64,000 nucleotides of DNA from Paraphysomonas bandaiensis (Eukaryota > Protista > Chrysophyceae). Below, piece by piece: positions 11,289-25,529 of this stretch. The notes beneath the pieces were generated by a model. That model made no database searches and had not been told where the DNA came from. It saw only the letters and a list, made by a program, of their open reading frames with translations. The stretch is taken from positions 1 to 64,000 of the forward strand of contig CBFFRP010000268.1 of assembly GCA_965644295.1 (NCBI GenBank), written 5' to 3'. Within the stretch, counting starts at the first letter, position 1. Each line of letters begins with the position of its first letter. A program made the position numbers and the translations under genes.

Positions 11289-14215
11289 TTACGCATCCAA
11301 ATCCAACGAATGCGTTTGAACAGCAAGGATAACAACTGCCCAGAGGTGTATCAAGACGAGATAAAGCACAAAAGACAGCCGCAATAACGGATAATTTCGT
11401 AAAAATCTGCAAAAAATATGTTACAGCAACGCTATATGCCACACTAGAGTATACAAGGAACATATGGTGTACGTTTTACCTTCCAGTCACTAACGTCCAA
11501 GTATCTATCATATCAACCGCACGCACCACATTAGGTCCAGCTTTCACTCCAATTCTCTCGAATTCCGTTATAACTTTACCCTTCTCGCCGGAAGGCTTAT
11601 GTCCTCTTCGTCGTACACCATCCTCTATGTCATGGGAATTGCTACTCTGTGATAAGGACAGCGAGCTATACTCGTCAAGGGTTGATGCCAACTGCTCCTC
11701 GGCTCGGGTACACCTGAAATAGCATAGGATAAAATTAAAGGAATTATATTACCGTGGTTACAATCAGTGACGTCCCAGTATTAAACAAGCTTAAATATAC
11801 AAAAGAAGGAACGATTCGTGAAAGCTCAAGTGTATATAGCCGTCACACAATTAATCATGTATTTAGTTAAAATTTTTGATCTGTTAGGTATACATATGCC
11901 CAGCAACATTTTCGGAAGCCATATCTATATCACATGCTCCTACCTTCGCTGGGCATCCTGGAGGCGGACTTTCAGACCAGCTCTCTCTGACAATAATTCC
12001 TGCATAGCGTCCTGTTTCTTTAACAACTGCTGTCCTAGATTACGAACTTGAGTTTCCAACTGCGCAATTGTTTCCGTCGCTGAATCAGCTTCAGAAGAAG
12101 CAATACTGGAACGTTGCTTCACCGGTGACGGACTACTTGCCGCTGCTGATGTTGCATTGGCACAACGCTCAATAAGTTTGCTTCTCTCAGTCTCCCAAGT
12201 ACGAGTACTGGTTTCCAACTCAGATTGTGTTTGCTTCAGGCGTCGCAAGGTGGTGTCATGCTCATTCTTTAGGTCGGAAAGTTCAGTGCTAAGGGTGTCA
12301 ACCTACACAGGGAAAATGTATTAATAAAAAATATATCATATATATATCAACTATGGATCCTTTTCAAGTTATACACAAAACTATTCCCATAGATAACAAG
12401 GTATAAAGGAAATGAGCTCACTTGTCGTCGATACATTTCCACTTCCCGAACCAATTCTTCATCTCCTTCAGATGTGCCACTAAGGTTCTGAAGTCTCATG
12501 ATCTGACACACAAATCATAATAATTAAATCAAAAAGCACAGCACCAAAAAAGACTCCTCCGTATAATGTATATTGACCAATGATTACCTCGCGTTCACGC
12601 TGCATTATTGTTTCTGTAAGCTCAGAGTTAGCTTTCTCTAATTCCTCCTGTCTTCTGTGGGCCTGTCTCATCCACGCAGCATGCTCGGTTCTCAATGTTT
12701 CTGCAGATAACTGGTAGCAAATAAAGAGTAACATTATACACGAATATGCAAGCTACCAACATATCTGCTATACCCACAACTAAAACGAAGTCATATGAAA
12801 GTGTCATACAAAAGCCTTTCACGAGAACATAAAGATACAAAACAAGTGCACGCTCAGATGAAATGTGTACATGTAATCTGACCTCAGCTGCTCTCAGTTC
12901 CTCTCGAACACCTTTCATGTTTTGACTAGAGTTGAGTCTAGCCTCTTGAAGGTCTTCTAATAATGTTGCCTCTCGCACAGACCACTCCTTCTGAAGATTA
13001 TCGAGAGTTGTTACCCGACTACGAAGTGTACCAACTTCCCCTTTCAGCGTCTGTTCACATCACGAAATAAGTGCGACATATTCAACCGTTGTCCACAATC
13101 GACACACCTCAATCAAAGCATCTCTTGCAGCAACGGTACTTTCGAGTTCTGTTAGTCGTGACGTCACAGCCTGCCTGTCAGTGCTCTTGGCTCGCTCTAC
13201 AACAGTTCATTACAAGCGATGCATTTATATGCTTTATACAAGGAATAGGTTACTTCAGCGCCAGGATAACACATACTTCATGAATGCATAACCGCACATT
13301 ACGACACGCTACGATATATGTAGACACAGAAACTACTCTTTAATCGGTATACCTATTTCTTTTATTTCATCCTGCAGCTCTTCTTCCCTAGCAGCGGCCT
13401 TTTCTTGAGCTGTTTTGTATGCCTCCCATGCCTCAACGACCTATATATGCATTTCGTTCAATACAGACACATATTTACGCACACACTTCGTAAACAGTAA
13501 TGCAACGGAGTGAATTTATCACATGTCATCACCCTCACCTCTCCCTTAAGGTGTTCAATCTGACCTTCTAAGTCAAGACACTCTGCATTCAGGCGCTCAA
13601 TTTCCTGTGACGAGGTTAAGAAGGAATCTCTGTGGTAAAAGCAAAGAAAACACCTTGTTCTTTTTTATTAATTGTTGCCTTGCATCCTTACTTATAGGAG
13701 CCTTTCCACTATCAGAGGGTGCTATAAACATCGAGTGTGAGAGAAATACTGGGTACGAGTCAGTGATGTATAAGGATACAGCATAACTTGCACAAGCTAT
13801 GAGATAAAAGTAATAATATGACAGTTGCAGCTTTGGAATTATTGTTGACTCGACACTTACGTGCGGAATCATGTTCATCACCAGCTAGGTGTGTCAGGCT
13901 AGCTGCTGAGCCGGCTGTCGCCTCAATTGCACCTTTGCTCTTGTCTTCAATTTCCTATAAACTAGCTGTGAGGAAAGCCAATAAGATGTCATTATACTAT
14001 ACATTATCTACAGTTTCATGCAATGAATCAGACGACGAAGTTTCATTTTTCCGCTTCATTCGTATAGATTTTGCTGACTCTTTGGGCTCTAATTCCTCAT
14101 AATAAATTAGGAGATGTTATCAGTAGAGAGCTGAGGTGATACCTTCCAGTGTCTCTTTAGCAGCATTGTCGATGCTATTCAGCATATCCGAAAAATTAGC
14201 TCCTATTTTAAACAT
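11289..14215 (-). CDS. GOLGA5: Golgin-84 (GOLGA5)-like coiled-coil Golgi tether, many exons
   Basis: N-terminus MFKIGANFSDMLNSIDNAAKE; long coiled-coil exons (LGQQLLKKQDAMQELLSERAGL); last exon FLRNYPLLRLSFVLYLVLIHLWAVVIL is the typical golgin-84 tail anchor. Confidence 0.85.
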
Positions 14216-15756
14216 ATTGAACTATAAGGTGAAAGGAATCCTTGATGTTGTTAATAAGGGGGACTCTCTCTCTCTGTGTGTATGTATCTATATGTATGTG
14301 TGTTGGTGGGATGTATGTATATATAATCGTATGAGTATTAGTGGACCATTTTATACATTAAGATATGACTGCTGATGATTAGGATGGTGAGGAGGGGTAA
14401 GCTGATTGCGATAAACTTCACAGAGTGAGTCTGATATGGATATTAAACACACTAACAATAGTATATATATACATATATATATGTACGTGTAGATGGACTT
14501 CATAGTAGTATGATGTATGATACATACTCTGGAGATGATATACAGCACGTACTTTGATATAGACATACAGCAGTACGTAGCGAAGTATAGCTAGCTGTTT
14601 AACTTCATATACAAACAGTATTCTGTATACTGTATTTAGTATAATACGAGTATGTACATAGCCTAGGTAGATGCAGGTACACAGGTACAGAGATACACAA
14701 GTACACTGGTGCAACAGTATCCAAGCTGATATCTATACACAAGTACCTCTGGTGCATCCACCAGTGCACTCATATATAGTAATGATCATTGATGTCAATA
14801 CACCTTGTCTCGAGCAGATAGTAACTGAAGGTTCTTATCGTATGACAAGCTCTCATATACTAGAATCCAATAGATATTCCATAGTATCACTCACACGACT
14901 CTTATCATGGGCATGTATGCACTATAGCATGACGGCCGGATATTGCAGTACATAGAATGATATATTTAGAGTATTGATTAGTTGGACAAATACATAGATA
15001 CACCTGTAGAGGTACATGCAGTATACAACAGTATATATCCTATCATCGTTATTATCCTGATCACTTCCATTAAATAAATCTGACACAAGCCATCATATGA
15101 ATAAACCACGATATCAATGTCTTGTGGTCTCATTCAGATGTAGTTATTAAAAAAGTGACTGTATCTGATATCTTCTAGAGTCATTTATTAGTTTGGTGAA
15201 TGGAAACGTGGAATGTCATCAAAGATGCTCTCTTCTGAATGAATGTTTGTGCTTGGCGGTCCTAAGATATTATGAGAAGAAGTATATAGTTAGGTTCTCT
15301 GAGTCATACAAATATCAAACTGTTTTGGGATAACAGATCTGCTGTTCTCTCAAAAAGTATTTCCCGACCGGTGACCCAGCATACCACTTATAGGTTTACT
15401 TCTGTTCGATGATGGTGTACCGTAAAAATGAATATAGTTTTAGAATATGTGCACTAAAATGTGTGATATGTTTCCGTCGTAGTATTTTATATATAATAAT
15501 AGATATTTATATATCTCTATTCGGGGAAAGTAACTGTAATTCATACTTCACTTTCAGAGTGTGTAACCGGAGATCAAACCAATATACACTCTTTTTGTGA
15601 CCTGTTTCCATAATCCTGTAACAGACAAACTGCATCACACATTTACCGTTATGAATATTTTCAACCAATGAATGCTACTAAAGAATTAACCGCCCGTTTT
15701 TCGTCAAGTAAAAATTAGAATATTATTTACTATTTACTCAGTCGTCAAAAAAAATG

Positions 15757-17950
15757 TCACTCCATCGCACTGACAAGGCCTACAGATGAGGTCACTGAGC
15801 TTGTTGACGAATCCATTCCATAATTATAAATATCTGACTTGATGGATGTATCCATTGCAGATGCCCAAGCTTTCGAAGCTTCTTTTTCACTAAGCGACAC
15901 TACACTACTAAGCTCATGAATGCGCAGTGCACGACTAAAAACATCTTGTACTACTAAGGCAGACGTCAGTATATGAAGGAAGACAATTGAAAGTGTTGTC
16001 GATGTAGCGAAAAGTGGAATGATAGCCGTTGCTAAGGCCACAGTGTAAAAGAATACATGGTATACCAATCTCCGTATCGTACCATTGAAATTGAACTCAA
16101 ACCCCCTGTGCATAAGACTCATCGAGTACATCATAATAAGAGATATCGATGCAAAGCCACACATCAAAAACTCATCTCTCATCTCCTGATACTCATCAAA
16201 GGAATGAAAAACAACTTTGACACCAACAGCAAAAAACAGCACACACATGGAGAGTATACTCTGAAGATCAATCCACAAATAGCCTAGCGAGGTTGACCGA
16301 ACTAAGACATGACGTTTGGGCTCACGTTGCTGCTGTTCATAGTAAACATTCCCTACATTGAAGACAACAGCGAATCCCAGCAATGCACGTACATACGACG
16401 GAAAGTCATACCTAAAATCAAATAGTATCACTTAGGCTACGTGAGTAAAAACAATTAGACAAAGTATACGGCTACGTTAACAAGTGGCACGGCGCGCATT
16501 CATGATGTATACGACGACCAATATATATTACAATGAATATTCGGGACTCACCCCCCATGGGCTTGCACTAGCTGAATCACAGCCTCCCCTAAAATCAGCA
16601 TAAAAAATGTCCCTTGTCTAGATACAAGATGCCCAACGTGTTTTTCAATAATTAACGGAGGTGAATCATCTGGTCTTAAAACTGCAAGAAAGTGCATCAG
16701 TGGTCGCTCCACAAGTATACCCACTGCCCAGACATACAAGTATGCCCGTCCAGAGTCATTCGTTGGGGTCAGCATTGATAATGCGAACACCACAGCGCTA
16801 GCGGAAGTATGCAATATGATTCGAATAAGGTACGGACGATGAGATGTATTGTTGAATGCGGCGCGAATATACCTGCATCAGTCTATTTAAAATAACCATT
16901 ACATGTTGGAAGAGGCGTACATTGCAATCGTTAATATTCTGCACATAGTTGCCATCAGTGATATTGGGTGCTGATGTTTATCTCGATCCCATGAGTGCTG
17001 GTATTCGTGGTGTATATCATCCTCTACACGTAAGTGTAATGCGATGACAAATGCCCCCATGGCTTGTAAAAGATAGTACGCCATATGGGTAACATCATTA
17101 ATATGAAACCTACGAAATATGTCATCCACACAAGCACATCAAGCAGAAATTGCAATGCACTATATATCCTACTCAGAGCAACATGCGAATAATAGTATTA
17201 CCTGTTTTGATACATCGTCAAATGGTCCCAAGTGCTGCGAAGCATTAAAAATAGAATTGCTGCCTTTACTAAACCCAACAATCTGTGATCGTACTTAATA
17301 ACCATTCCTAGTTGGAGCGCAGATGCAACGAAAACTAAGTCATAAAACAATTCATACCACGTTTCATGTCGATGCTCTTCTTCTTCATCATCCTCAATTT
17401 CACTTTTACTTGTAGAACTTGTTTTGGGTTCTTTCCGATCGGCTATCGGAGTTGATGCCACAACGCTGGATGTCCCACACATATTATTTATCACTTTTCC
17501 AAGCTCAAATCCCCATATGTGCGAAGGCCAAGGTTCTTTTGCAGGAACTCTCCAGTAAGATGGGATTGGAATATCGCCACAGACTTTTCGGTGAACAGTA
17601 AGGGCAATCTTGACTTTATCTAAAAGCATAAGTGGTGTATCGGTTGACTTCGATTTTCCTAACTCAATAGAATGTAAGTTCTTGCTTACACGAGTAGACT
17701 CATGACCAAATTCTCGTGGTTCCAATACTCCTAACTTTTTCTTTCGTTTCATATAACAATCACCACAAAACGCAAGTATTAAAATTAAAAGCATTAAACT
17801 CAATGCAACGATCGATAAAATCTCGAACATCACTTCATTTTCATGATGATAACTTGTTGTTGGGGCTACTGTAGGAATATCTTCCGCATATGTGTGTGTG
17901 AATCTATTCCAAAGGAGGTATACTGAGAGTATATATGGAGAATAGAGCAT
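15757..17950 (-). CDS. LtrA-family (low temperature requirement A) polytopic membrane protein with an N-terminal signal/TM and an HA-like domain, multi-exon
   Basis: LtrA signatures ETWYELFYDLVFVA and HLVSRQGTFFMLILGEAVIQL; many TM segments. The start is inferred at MLYSPYIL (17950). Confidence 0.75.
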
Positions 17951-18719
17951 GTGGGTAATGATGTGTATATATATACAGATACTGCTATATAGATTAGTCT
18001 GAACCACAGCCAGAGACACAAGGAATGGAGGAATGCAGTAGACCCCTATGATGGTTATGTCACAGGAGTTATAAGGTTAGATACAGCAAACAGCGAATAG
18101 GAAACTCTAGAACTGTTTAATGAGAGGAGTGGACAACATACACATATGACCACTCATAGACATAAAACCCCGTATATTATGGACACCCTCGGACTGAAAA
18201 CTCCAATATTCAGGAAAATTTGGTCTTATACAGTTGATTTGAAATTTTCATGTATGCAGTTTTGTCCGAATCTCAAATTTTATAATGAAAATTTTGTATA
18301 TGTAAAATCATGCTAATTTTAGCTGAAAATTGTAATTGGAATTCTGTTGGAGTGAAAATTGAAAAAAACGTCTTTGGTGTGTACTTTTCTCCACTATACA
18401 TACATGATGTACTGGTGTACACAGTTGTACCACACTGGAGTACGTGGCATGTACTCTATATCCATAAAGATTCGTATAGTAAGAATTCTAGTACATATTC
18501 TGTGTATGTTAATTCCATATGGTCCTCTCTGTATATATGTATGTATCATATAGTATCATTACTTAAACTATAGCATGAGACATCTACTAACCTACACCTT
18601 ACATTAACAACAGGAACTAGCGTGTCTCTTCTCTCCCTCCGTGCATCTGAACACCTCTATAGCTCAACAAGTATCAACTAACCCCCAGATAAGACACAGG
18701 CCTGTATAAGACTAGTGTT

Positions 18720-20939
18720 ATGATAGGCACATACACAATGACTTATAGTGCCCTTATAAGAGGGGGATCTATGTTATTCTCCTCAGGATGTCGAGGGAAT
18801 AGATGGGTATCAACAAGTGTGAATAGAATTCCATTGCAAGAGTTATGTTTACAAAAGTCACGACGTACATTAGGAGGTGCACATACACACTTTAGATGGG
18901 GGGAATGGTTCTGTGCTTCCACTGGATTCATTCAACCCATTGCTGTTAAAGAAGCATCTTTAACTCGAGCAGAGAGAGAGCCATTGTCTGCAGCTGCGGC
19001 AAGTAGGCTGAGACAGGAAGCAGAGATGTTGCACACAGTACGTCACCCATACCTTCTTCATTGTCATGGAATTTGTGAAGAGAAAGACCCTGAGAGTTCA
19101 GAGCGGTACATTCGTCTGGTAATGGAAGCATGTTATGGTGACACTTTGTGCACGCACATACCATACGCTCCCCTGGATCGTAAACTCTTGTGGCTGCAGC
19201 ATGTGTGCCAAGCAATGACCTTCATTCACGAATCTGGTATCATACACAGAGATATTAAAACCAGTAACATTTTCCTGGCAAATGAGTGTGGAGCTGTCAG
19301 AATTGGAGATTTTGATAGTGCTATTCACATTTCATCGCTGGATACCATTGCCACAGAAGGTTACTGCAGTGTTTTTCTCTGTATGGTCTCATATAACTGT
19401 AACCTGCAGGAGACAAGTTTGGAACTCTGACCCATATGGCACCTGAGAGTCTGTCAGGTACCCGAATGTACGATTAGTTGTGTAACAAGAATATGAAAGT
19501 ACGTGTTTATTTGTGCTCGTATATATATGCTATCAATGCGTATTATGAGTTCTAGCATTTACTTTCTCTGAGCAGAAGGGAGATTTAGTAAGGCATCTGA
19601 CGTGTATGCGTTCGGCATTATGGCATTTGAAGTCATCGAAGGCGTGAGTGCCTATCACGGTCGTATGTCATCTGGTGTACCCGGCTGCCTCACTCAGGAG
19701 GAGTTTGTGTCTGAAGTGATTGAAGGTAGACTTCGGCCCAGCGCAGACGACACCATGATTTCAAAGCACCATGTTCGTTCTGGTCTAGAGAGAATTCAAA
19801 GGGAGCATGCGCTCTGTGGAGATGACGTCATGCGAAGCTTGCGAGCCCTATGTGTTCAGTGCTGGGATGGAGAGAGTCGAAAGCGACCAAGTTTCAGTGA
19901 CTTAGAGCTGGAAATAGGAATTATTCGGGAAAAACTACGAGCGAAATCCCGCAATGTAATTGCTCGGCATCAACCATCCTTCGCTGACCACCATGACGAT
20001 TTATTGGGAAAAGCAGAGAAAATCGGGAATAGAAAAACGATGGAGGACAGTACAGTGCTGATACGTGGGGAATGGAAACATCGTGAAAGTGGGTTGTCAG
20101 AGTGGGTTGTGGCGGGTGGTGTGCTTGATGGTCACGGGGGGGCAGAAGTTTCGAAATTCGCTGCAGATAGTATATCTAGGGTAATTAAGTCGAGACTTGG
20201 CCAGAGTTACAGTACTGAAAGTGGCGATGATTTTACTCCCCCGTCGTTATACTCAGTAAGTGCTGTAGAAATTTTACGTGAAGTGGAACGCCTGGTACAG
20301 TTGAAAATGTCTAGGGATACAACATGTTCTTGTGGCAGCACATCAACTCTAGTTACTGTTACGGAAAATGATATTCACGTTGCTTGGCTTGGAGATTCGA
20401 CAGCTATTTTGTGCCAGGCTAGGAAGGGTGAGATGGACAATCGTTCCAGTCTGTCAACGAATGATGTCGTCGTTTCAGAGCTGACTACTTCTCATATTCC
20501 AGAGGAAGAATCTGAACGCACTCGTGTAGAGGATTACGGTGGGACTGTGGGACGAACGATGAGAATGATGGATGATGGCTGTGAGTATCCAAGTGGTCCA
20601 TTCCGTGTATATACGTCATTCCACACTGGAGGGTTGGCAGTAGCCCGCGCTTTAGGAGATACGGCAATGCGACCTTATATATCAGGGGTGCCTTCCTCCC
20701 GAATTTATGCAAGAACAGAACGAGATCTGTTCCTTGTGATCGCCACAGATGGTGTGTGGGATGTATTGTCTGCTGAAGAGGTGTCTGACATTGTCCTCTC
20801 TCCTGCTTCTGAAAATCGCAGAAACCTGCACAATGCTGAAGAATCTGCAGCTAAAATTATTGATGAAGCACTTTCTAGAGGAAGTCAAGACAACGTCTCA
20901 GCGGTGGTCATAATGTTAAGTAAATTCTTTAGTCAATAA
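18720..20939 (+). CDS. Protein kinase + PP2C phosphatase fusion (3 exons)
   Basis: Kinase motifs IAVK, HRDIKTSN, DFD, GTLTHMAPE, SDVYAFG, CW..RP. PP2C motifs LDGHGG, GST, AWLGDS, LAVARALGD, IATDGVWD, SQDNVS. Introns at ~19360-19408 and ~19457-19575. The start Met (18720 or 18738) is uncertain. Confidence 0.9.
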
Positions 20940-22502
20940 AATATAAAGACAATATATATGAAAACTTGCTATGAGTATTGCTATTGGCACTATTCTAATG
21001 ATGCGAGAGTTGGTGTGGTGTATGGAACTTGCATGCATCGTGCATGCTGTGTTGATACCACTATATATTGCAAAGATAAAGAAACTAAAGGTTACATTAT
21101 AGTGGTGTCGTTATTGCCTTAAAAATAGAAAACTTCTACAAAGGTTACAAGCTATTATATAAATATGTGAATGACATAAATGTTGCATTTTCTTCTTCAA
21201 GTGAGTTCGAGTCATAAGGCGAAGTTTCTTAGTATACTACGCAGCACACACATCACGGTGTGTGTGTGAATCGTAATCTAAACTCACTGTGTAAGAGATT
21301 GCATTGATAGAAGAGTTTTATAGACAGTCTGAACTTTTATCCCTATAGGATACATGCTTGCATCGCATTCTAGCTAAGAAACCTTCTTTTAGCTCACTAT
21401 TACACACAAAAATGAATTATGAAGGAACTTGATGTAATATGCTCCCACAGCTCTGGTAATAGACCAGTTTATGTGTGAAAGCTGGGCAGACACAAAACAC
21501 GTAAACAATACACAGCGTATTGATCTAAACGAATTGGCCGGTAACAAACTCCTCAACGCACCGACTCTCCACATCTAGGTTTCCTAGATGGAATAGATGT
21601 AGGTGATCTAGTTGCCGGCCTAGTAGTTGAAGTAATCACTCACATAAGAGAAGCCACTTTCATTATGAATTACACAGCCAGAGTTGGTCTCGAAGATACT
21701 TGTATTCCTTATTAGCACCCATATACTCTACAGCAGTGTGTATCATACTTATTTGCCCATGTGTTCAGCCTCTATGATAATACATTGGAATGAACGGTGA
21801 TACATATCGCCATACGGTGCAATTTTCATATATATATGTGGATTCTGTGTATTCAGCGCTACTGCTATATGCAGTGAGATTCACGCACCTGCATTAACGG
21901 TCCGTGATCAAGAACAATACTACCAGATATACTGTAGAAACATAAAAATCATGGAATTATAACCTTCAAAAAGCTATATATCCAGTTTTTCTAATACCGT
22001 CTTACTTCCTGTCTACACAGTATCTTCGCTCTGAAGGTTTGTAGGGTTGATATGATTGGTTAGATGGGTTCAAGGGTGTCAAAAAAAATATTGGACTTCT
22101 AGACTTCAAGATGTACCTGGACAACCGTTAACGGAAGTGTGCTTACACTATATATATTCTCGTATCTGTAAAAACGGCCGTATAGCAGCCGTATGAAGGG
22201 AAATTTTCATGCTTATATCAATCACTCGCATGGTATCCATGACCATCTTCATCTCCATTAATGCTCATATATTACACCATACACATAACTATTCATGATA
22301 TTGTAACAGAATCATTGAGGGATATCAAGTATGAATATGAGGAATGTGAAAACAACAGATAGGAATGTACTGACAATAGAGAGACTGTATATTCCATTCC
22401 ATACAGCTCACTCCTCTACAACTCAATAACTCACAGTTAAACATAGTAAAGAGTATTATTTTACATATATTTCAAGTGTGATTTTGTTAATAAGAACTAG
22501 AA

Positions 22503-25500
22503 ATGTCTCTGAAATTTCTACAAGAACTCCGTGAGGCGGATGCTGAGATGGAAGTGGGATCCCATCATGAAGAGAATGAAAATACATTAAATTTAAGAAA
22601 CTTGTTGTCTGTTAAGAGGAAAATGCTGAGTAAATCTCAACGACTTAGTCTTCGGATACCTCGAAGAAAAGAAAGGCCATGGATTGGAAATAGATTTTGT
22701 GACACTGAGGAGGAGAGAAAAGTGCGGTATCGTAATTTTTACTTGCGGACTTTTTTTATTGAGAAGAACTCAAGCGCCCAGTCAAAATATGTCTTCCATC
22801 CTGTCTTTAAAATTTGTGAATATTTTGGAAAGACTCACGAATTACAGCCTATTAGTAGCGAGTGGACACAGATGTTTGACATCTTCCTGCACAAAGCCTA
22901 CAATGTCCAGAAGCATATGCTGTGTCGAGTTGGGCAACAGTCTCCATGCACATCTGCCTCGAGCTTAAGCGAAGATTCATTATCAAGTGCTTCGGAAGAC
23001 TCTTTTCATGGCATTTTTTTCGAGATGGATATGTGTGGTATAAAGGTCACGACCTCATTTGATCCTGAGTCGAGTCCTGGAAAGAGTAGCCTGACCAGGA
23101 AGCGCGCAATGTCATATCTGGGTGACGAGCCGAGCGGACATGGAGATGGATTGACGGAGCGTTCTGGCATAATAAAGCGGCGTTCATTCACTATGGGCGA
23201 ACTGCGCGACTGCTCTTACTCTCGCCCTATGCTCCTCCCGATGCCCGGATTAGAGCTTCTGCAGAAACAGGAAGGAACTGTTCCCAAAGCAGGAGGTATC
23301 GCCGATTTCTTGAAATCTATTAAGACTGATTCATGGATCCTTCCTCATATCATAACTGCTTTCTTACTGGTGGAACAAGAGCACAATGGCTTCAAACCGG
23401 CGGATATACTATACATCGACTCTGGTGGGCAGGAACAAATTGAATTGCACGGTGAGGGTAGTCAAGATACCGGTCACGATACAGGCTCATGGAGTAGGCC
23501 GCATTCTGGGCTCGGAATACGCCGACATATTAAAAATATTTTGTCGCTTACTACTTCTATGGACGCGTCATGTGAAGAGATTGTTGAAGTTGATGAGGAA
23601 ACGAAGCAGCCTTCAGAGATGCTGCCTTGTGCTTCGTTTTCGCCGGCGGAATCACTGTCGCCAAATAGTCAGGGGATGAACTTTCGATTTGATGGTGAGC
23701 AGTTGATTGTATCTCAGAGTAATGGAAGTCTGGAAAGTATGGGTGCTCCCAGTTCGTGCACTACCCCTCGGTCAGCCACGATATCTTCTCCCGAACCTTC
23801 TCTCCTTCCTCATATATCGCTGCCTCTTTTCTCGTCAACTGAATATTTAGGAGAAATGTTCCTTTGTAGGCAACATCCCTTTTGGGAGAAAAAATCTCTT
23901 CTAAGGATAAGTAACTTCCTTTTTGAATTTGGCCCAGGTAGGAATATATTTCCCACCGGATACGCATGTCTGGATAGTGCCAAAGTGAATATAGTGGAGA
24001 AGAACGTTTGCTTCCGAGGTAATTGAGTAATACCCCCTTATGCGCATATGACTTCGTGATGTGTAGATAAACTCACTCATCAGACGCACCATATGAGTCG
24101 GATTCTGCGTGTGTCGTTCTATTTATCATCAAACTATTTCTCCGATACACAAGATGTGCTGATATGCATGGATCCTGGAAGCAGTGAACGTGAAGATGAA
24201 AGTGGTAGTGATGGAGTAGAAAGGCTCTACCGAAAACTGCAGGAAGTCACGCAAACTCAAGTAAATGAACTGTATCACATCACTGATGGGCCTGAGAATA
24301 TTTTAGGACGAGGTATATCTGCAATATTGTTCTATCTGTATTGAGAAATGTAATAGGCAGGTACTCGGAAGTACTACAAGCGAGAAACCCCCGCAGACCT
24401 CAAGCAAATGCGGCATGTGAATCCGGTACTATATCTGCTTCTCAGCTATCCGGAGAGTGTGCACTTAAGGTGGTAGATAAGCGTGCCTACCAAGATGCTG
24501 TGAACAGTAAGCAAGAAAGAGCTGACACACTAGTGCGTGAGGTGGTAGCACATATGCAGCTGGGGTATTGCTACAAGGCAGATGTCGGGGGGGCGGAGCA
24601 ACTGTCCGCCAAAAGTACGGCCGAACTTCAACATTTAGAACTTCCCTTTGTGGAGCTGCTTGGCATTCATGAAACGAGGTACTCTTTACACACTGTAGTC
24701 ATGTTTCTTACTATCTCATTCAGGGAGAGCTTCATGATAGAGATGGAGCGTATGCAACAGCAAGACCTTTATTCCCTTCTGTACGAAAACGGCCCCCTGC
24801 CTGAAAATCAAGTGCGCCATATTGCACTTCAACTAGTGCAGGCTACCGCACTCTGTCAGTATAAGGGAATAGCGCATAGGGACATCAAACTCTCCAATAT
24901 TGGATTTCCATGCCAGTCGGCCGCAATTGACATTTCTCGCCAGAATCTGAATTTGATGCAAATTAAACTGGCAGACTTTGGCATGGCAGGGTTCGCTGAC
25001 AAGGATGGCCTCATTAGAGGCCGCTGTGGAACTCCAGGTATTCATGATGTAATTATGTAATTCCGCAAGTTTACTTGGGCGTTCGCAGGATGCGTCGCAC
25101 CTGAAATCCTTAGCAGTGGGACTAGGGAAGGCTATCCTCTTAATGTGGACTTGTTTTCTGTAAGTTCTATCTCAGTATATGTAAAGTATCTATTTGACAA
25201 CATTATTTCTGTAGATCGGGGCTACGTTATATTGCCTGTTGTGTGGGTATGAGCCCTTCGGGGGTGACACCACTCAAGAAATTCTTGAATCAAACCGTAT
25301 TTGTGATGTGAGATTTGATGATGCAGCATGGAGCCACATCAGTTCGAAAGCCAAAGATTTTGTAAAACGAGCAATGCATCCGATATCGCATAATAGATTG
25401 ACAGTACACGCGGCTTTGAGACACCCTTGGTTGCGGCGTTGCTACGGCACCGACGTAAGTTATCCGCCCACCACTCTTAGTGCAAAGGGAAAGCTGAGTC

Positions 25501-25529
25501 GCCGTGATGGCACTTGTGTTCTGTGTTAA
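22503..25529 (+). CDS. CAMK-group Ser/Thr kinase with a long N-terminus, a probable PH domain and a C-terminal CaaX-like motif, multi-exon
   Basis: Motifs LGRG|RYSEV, ALKVVDK, HRDIKLSN, LADFGMA, CGTPGCVAPE, LCGYEPF, WSHISSKAKDFV, ALRHPW; the protein ends CVLC. Confidence 0.85.

Noticed and set aside
2862-14215. Functional cluster of ER/Golgi genes (PIG-P, GET2-like, GT31, golgin-84)
   Set aside because: Secretory-pathway genes are common and these belong to different pathways; there is no evidence of co-regulation.
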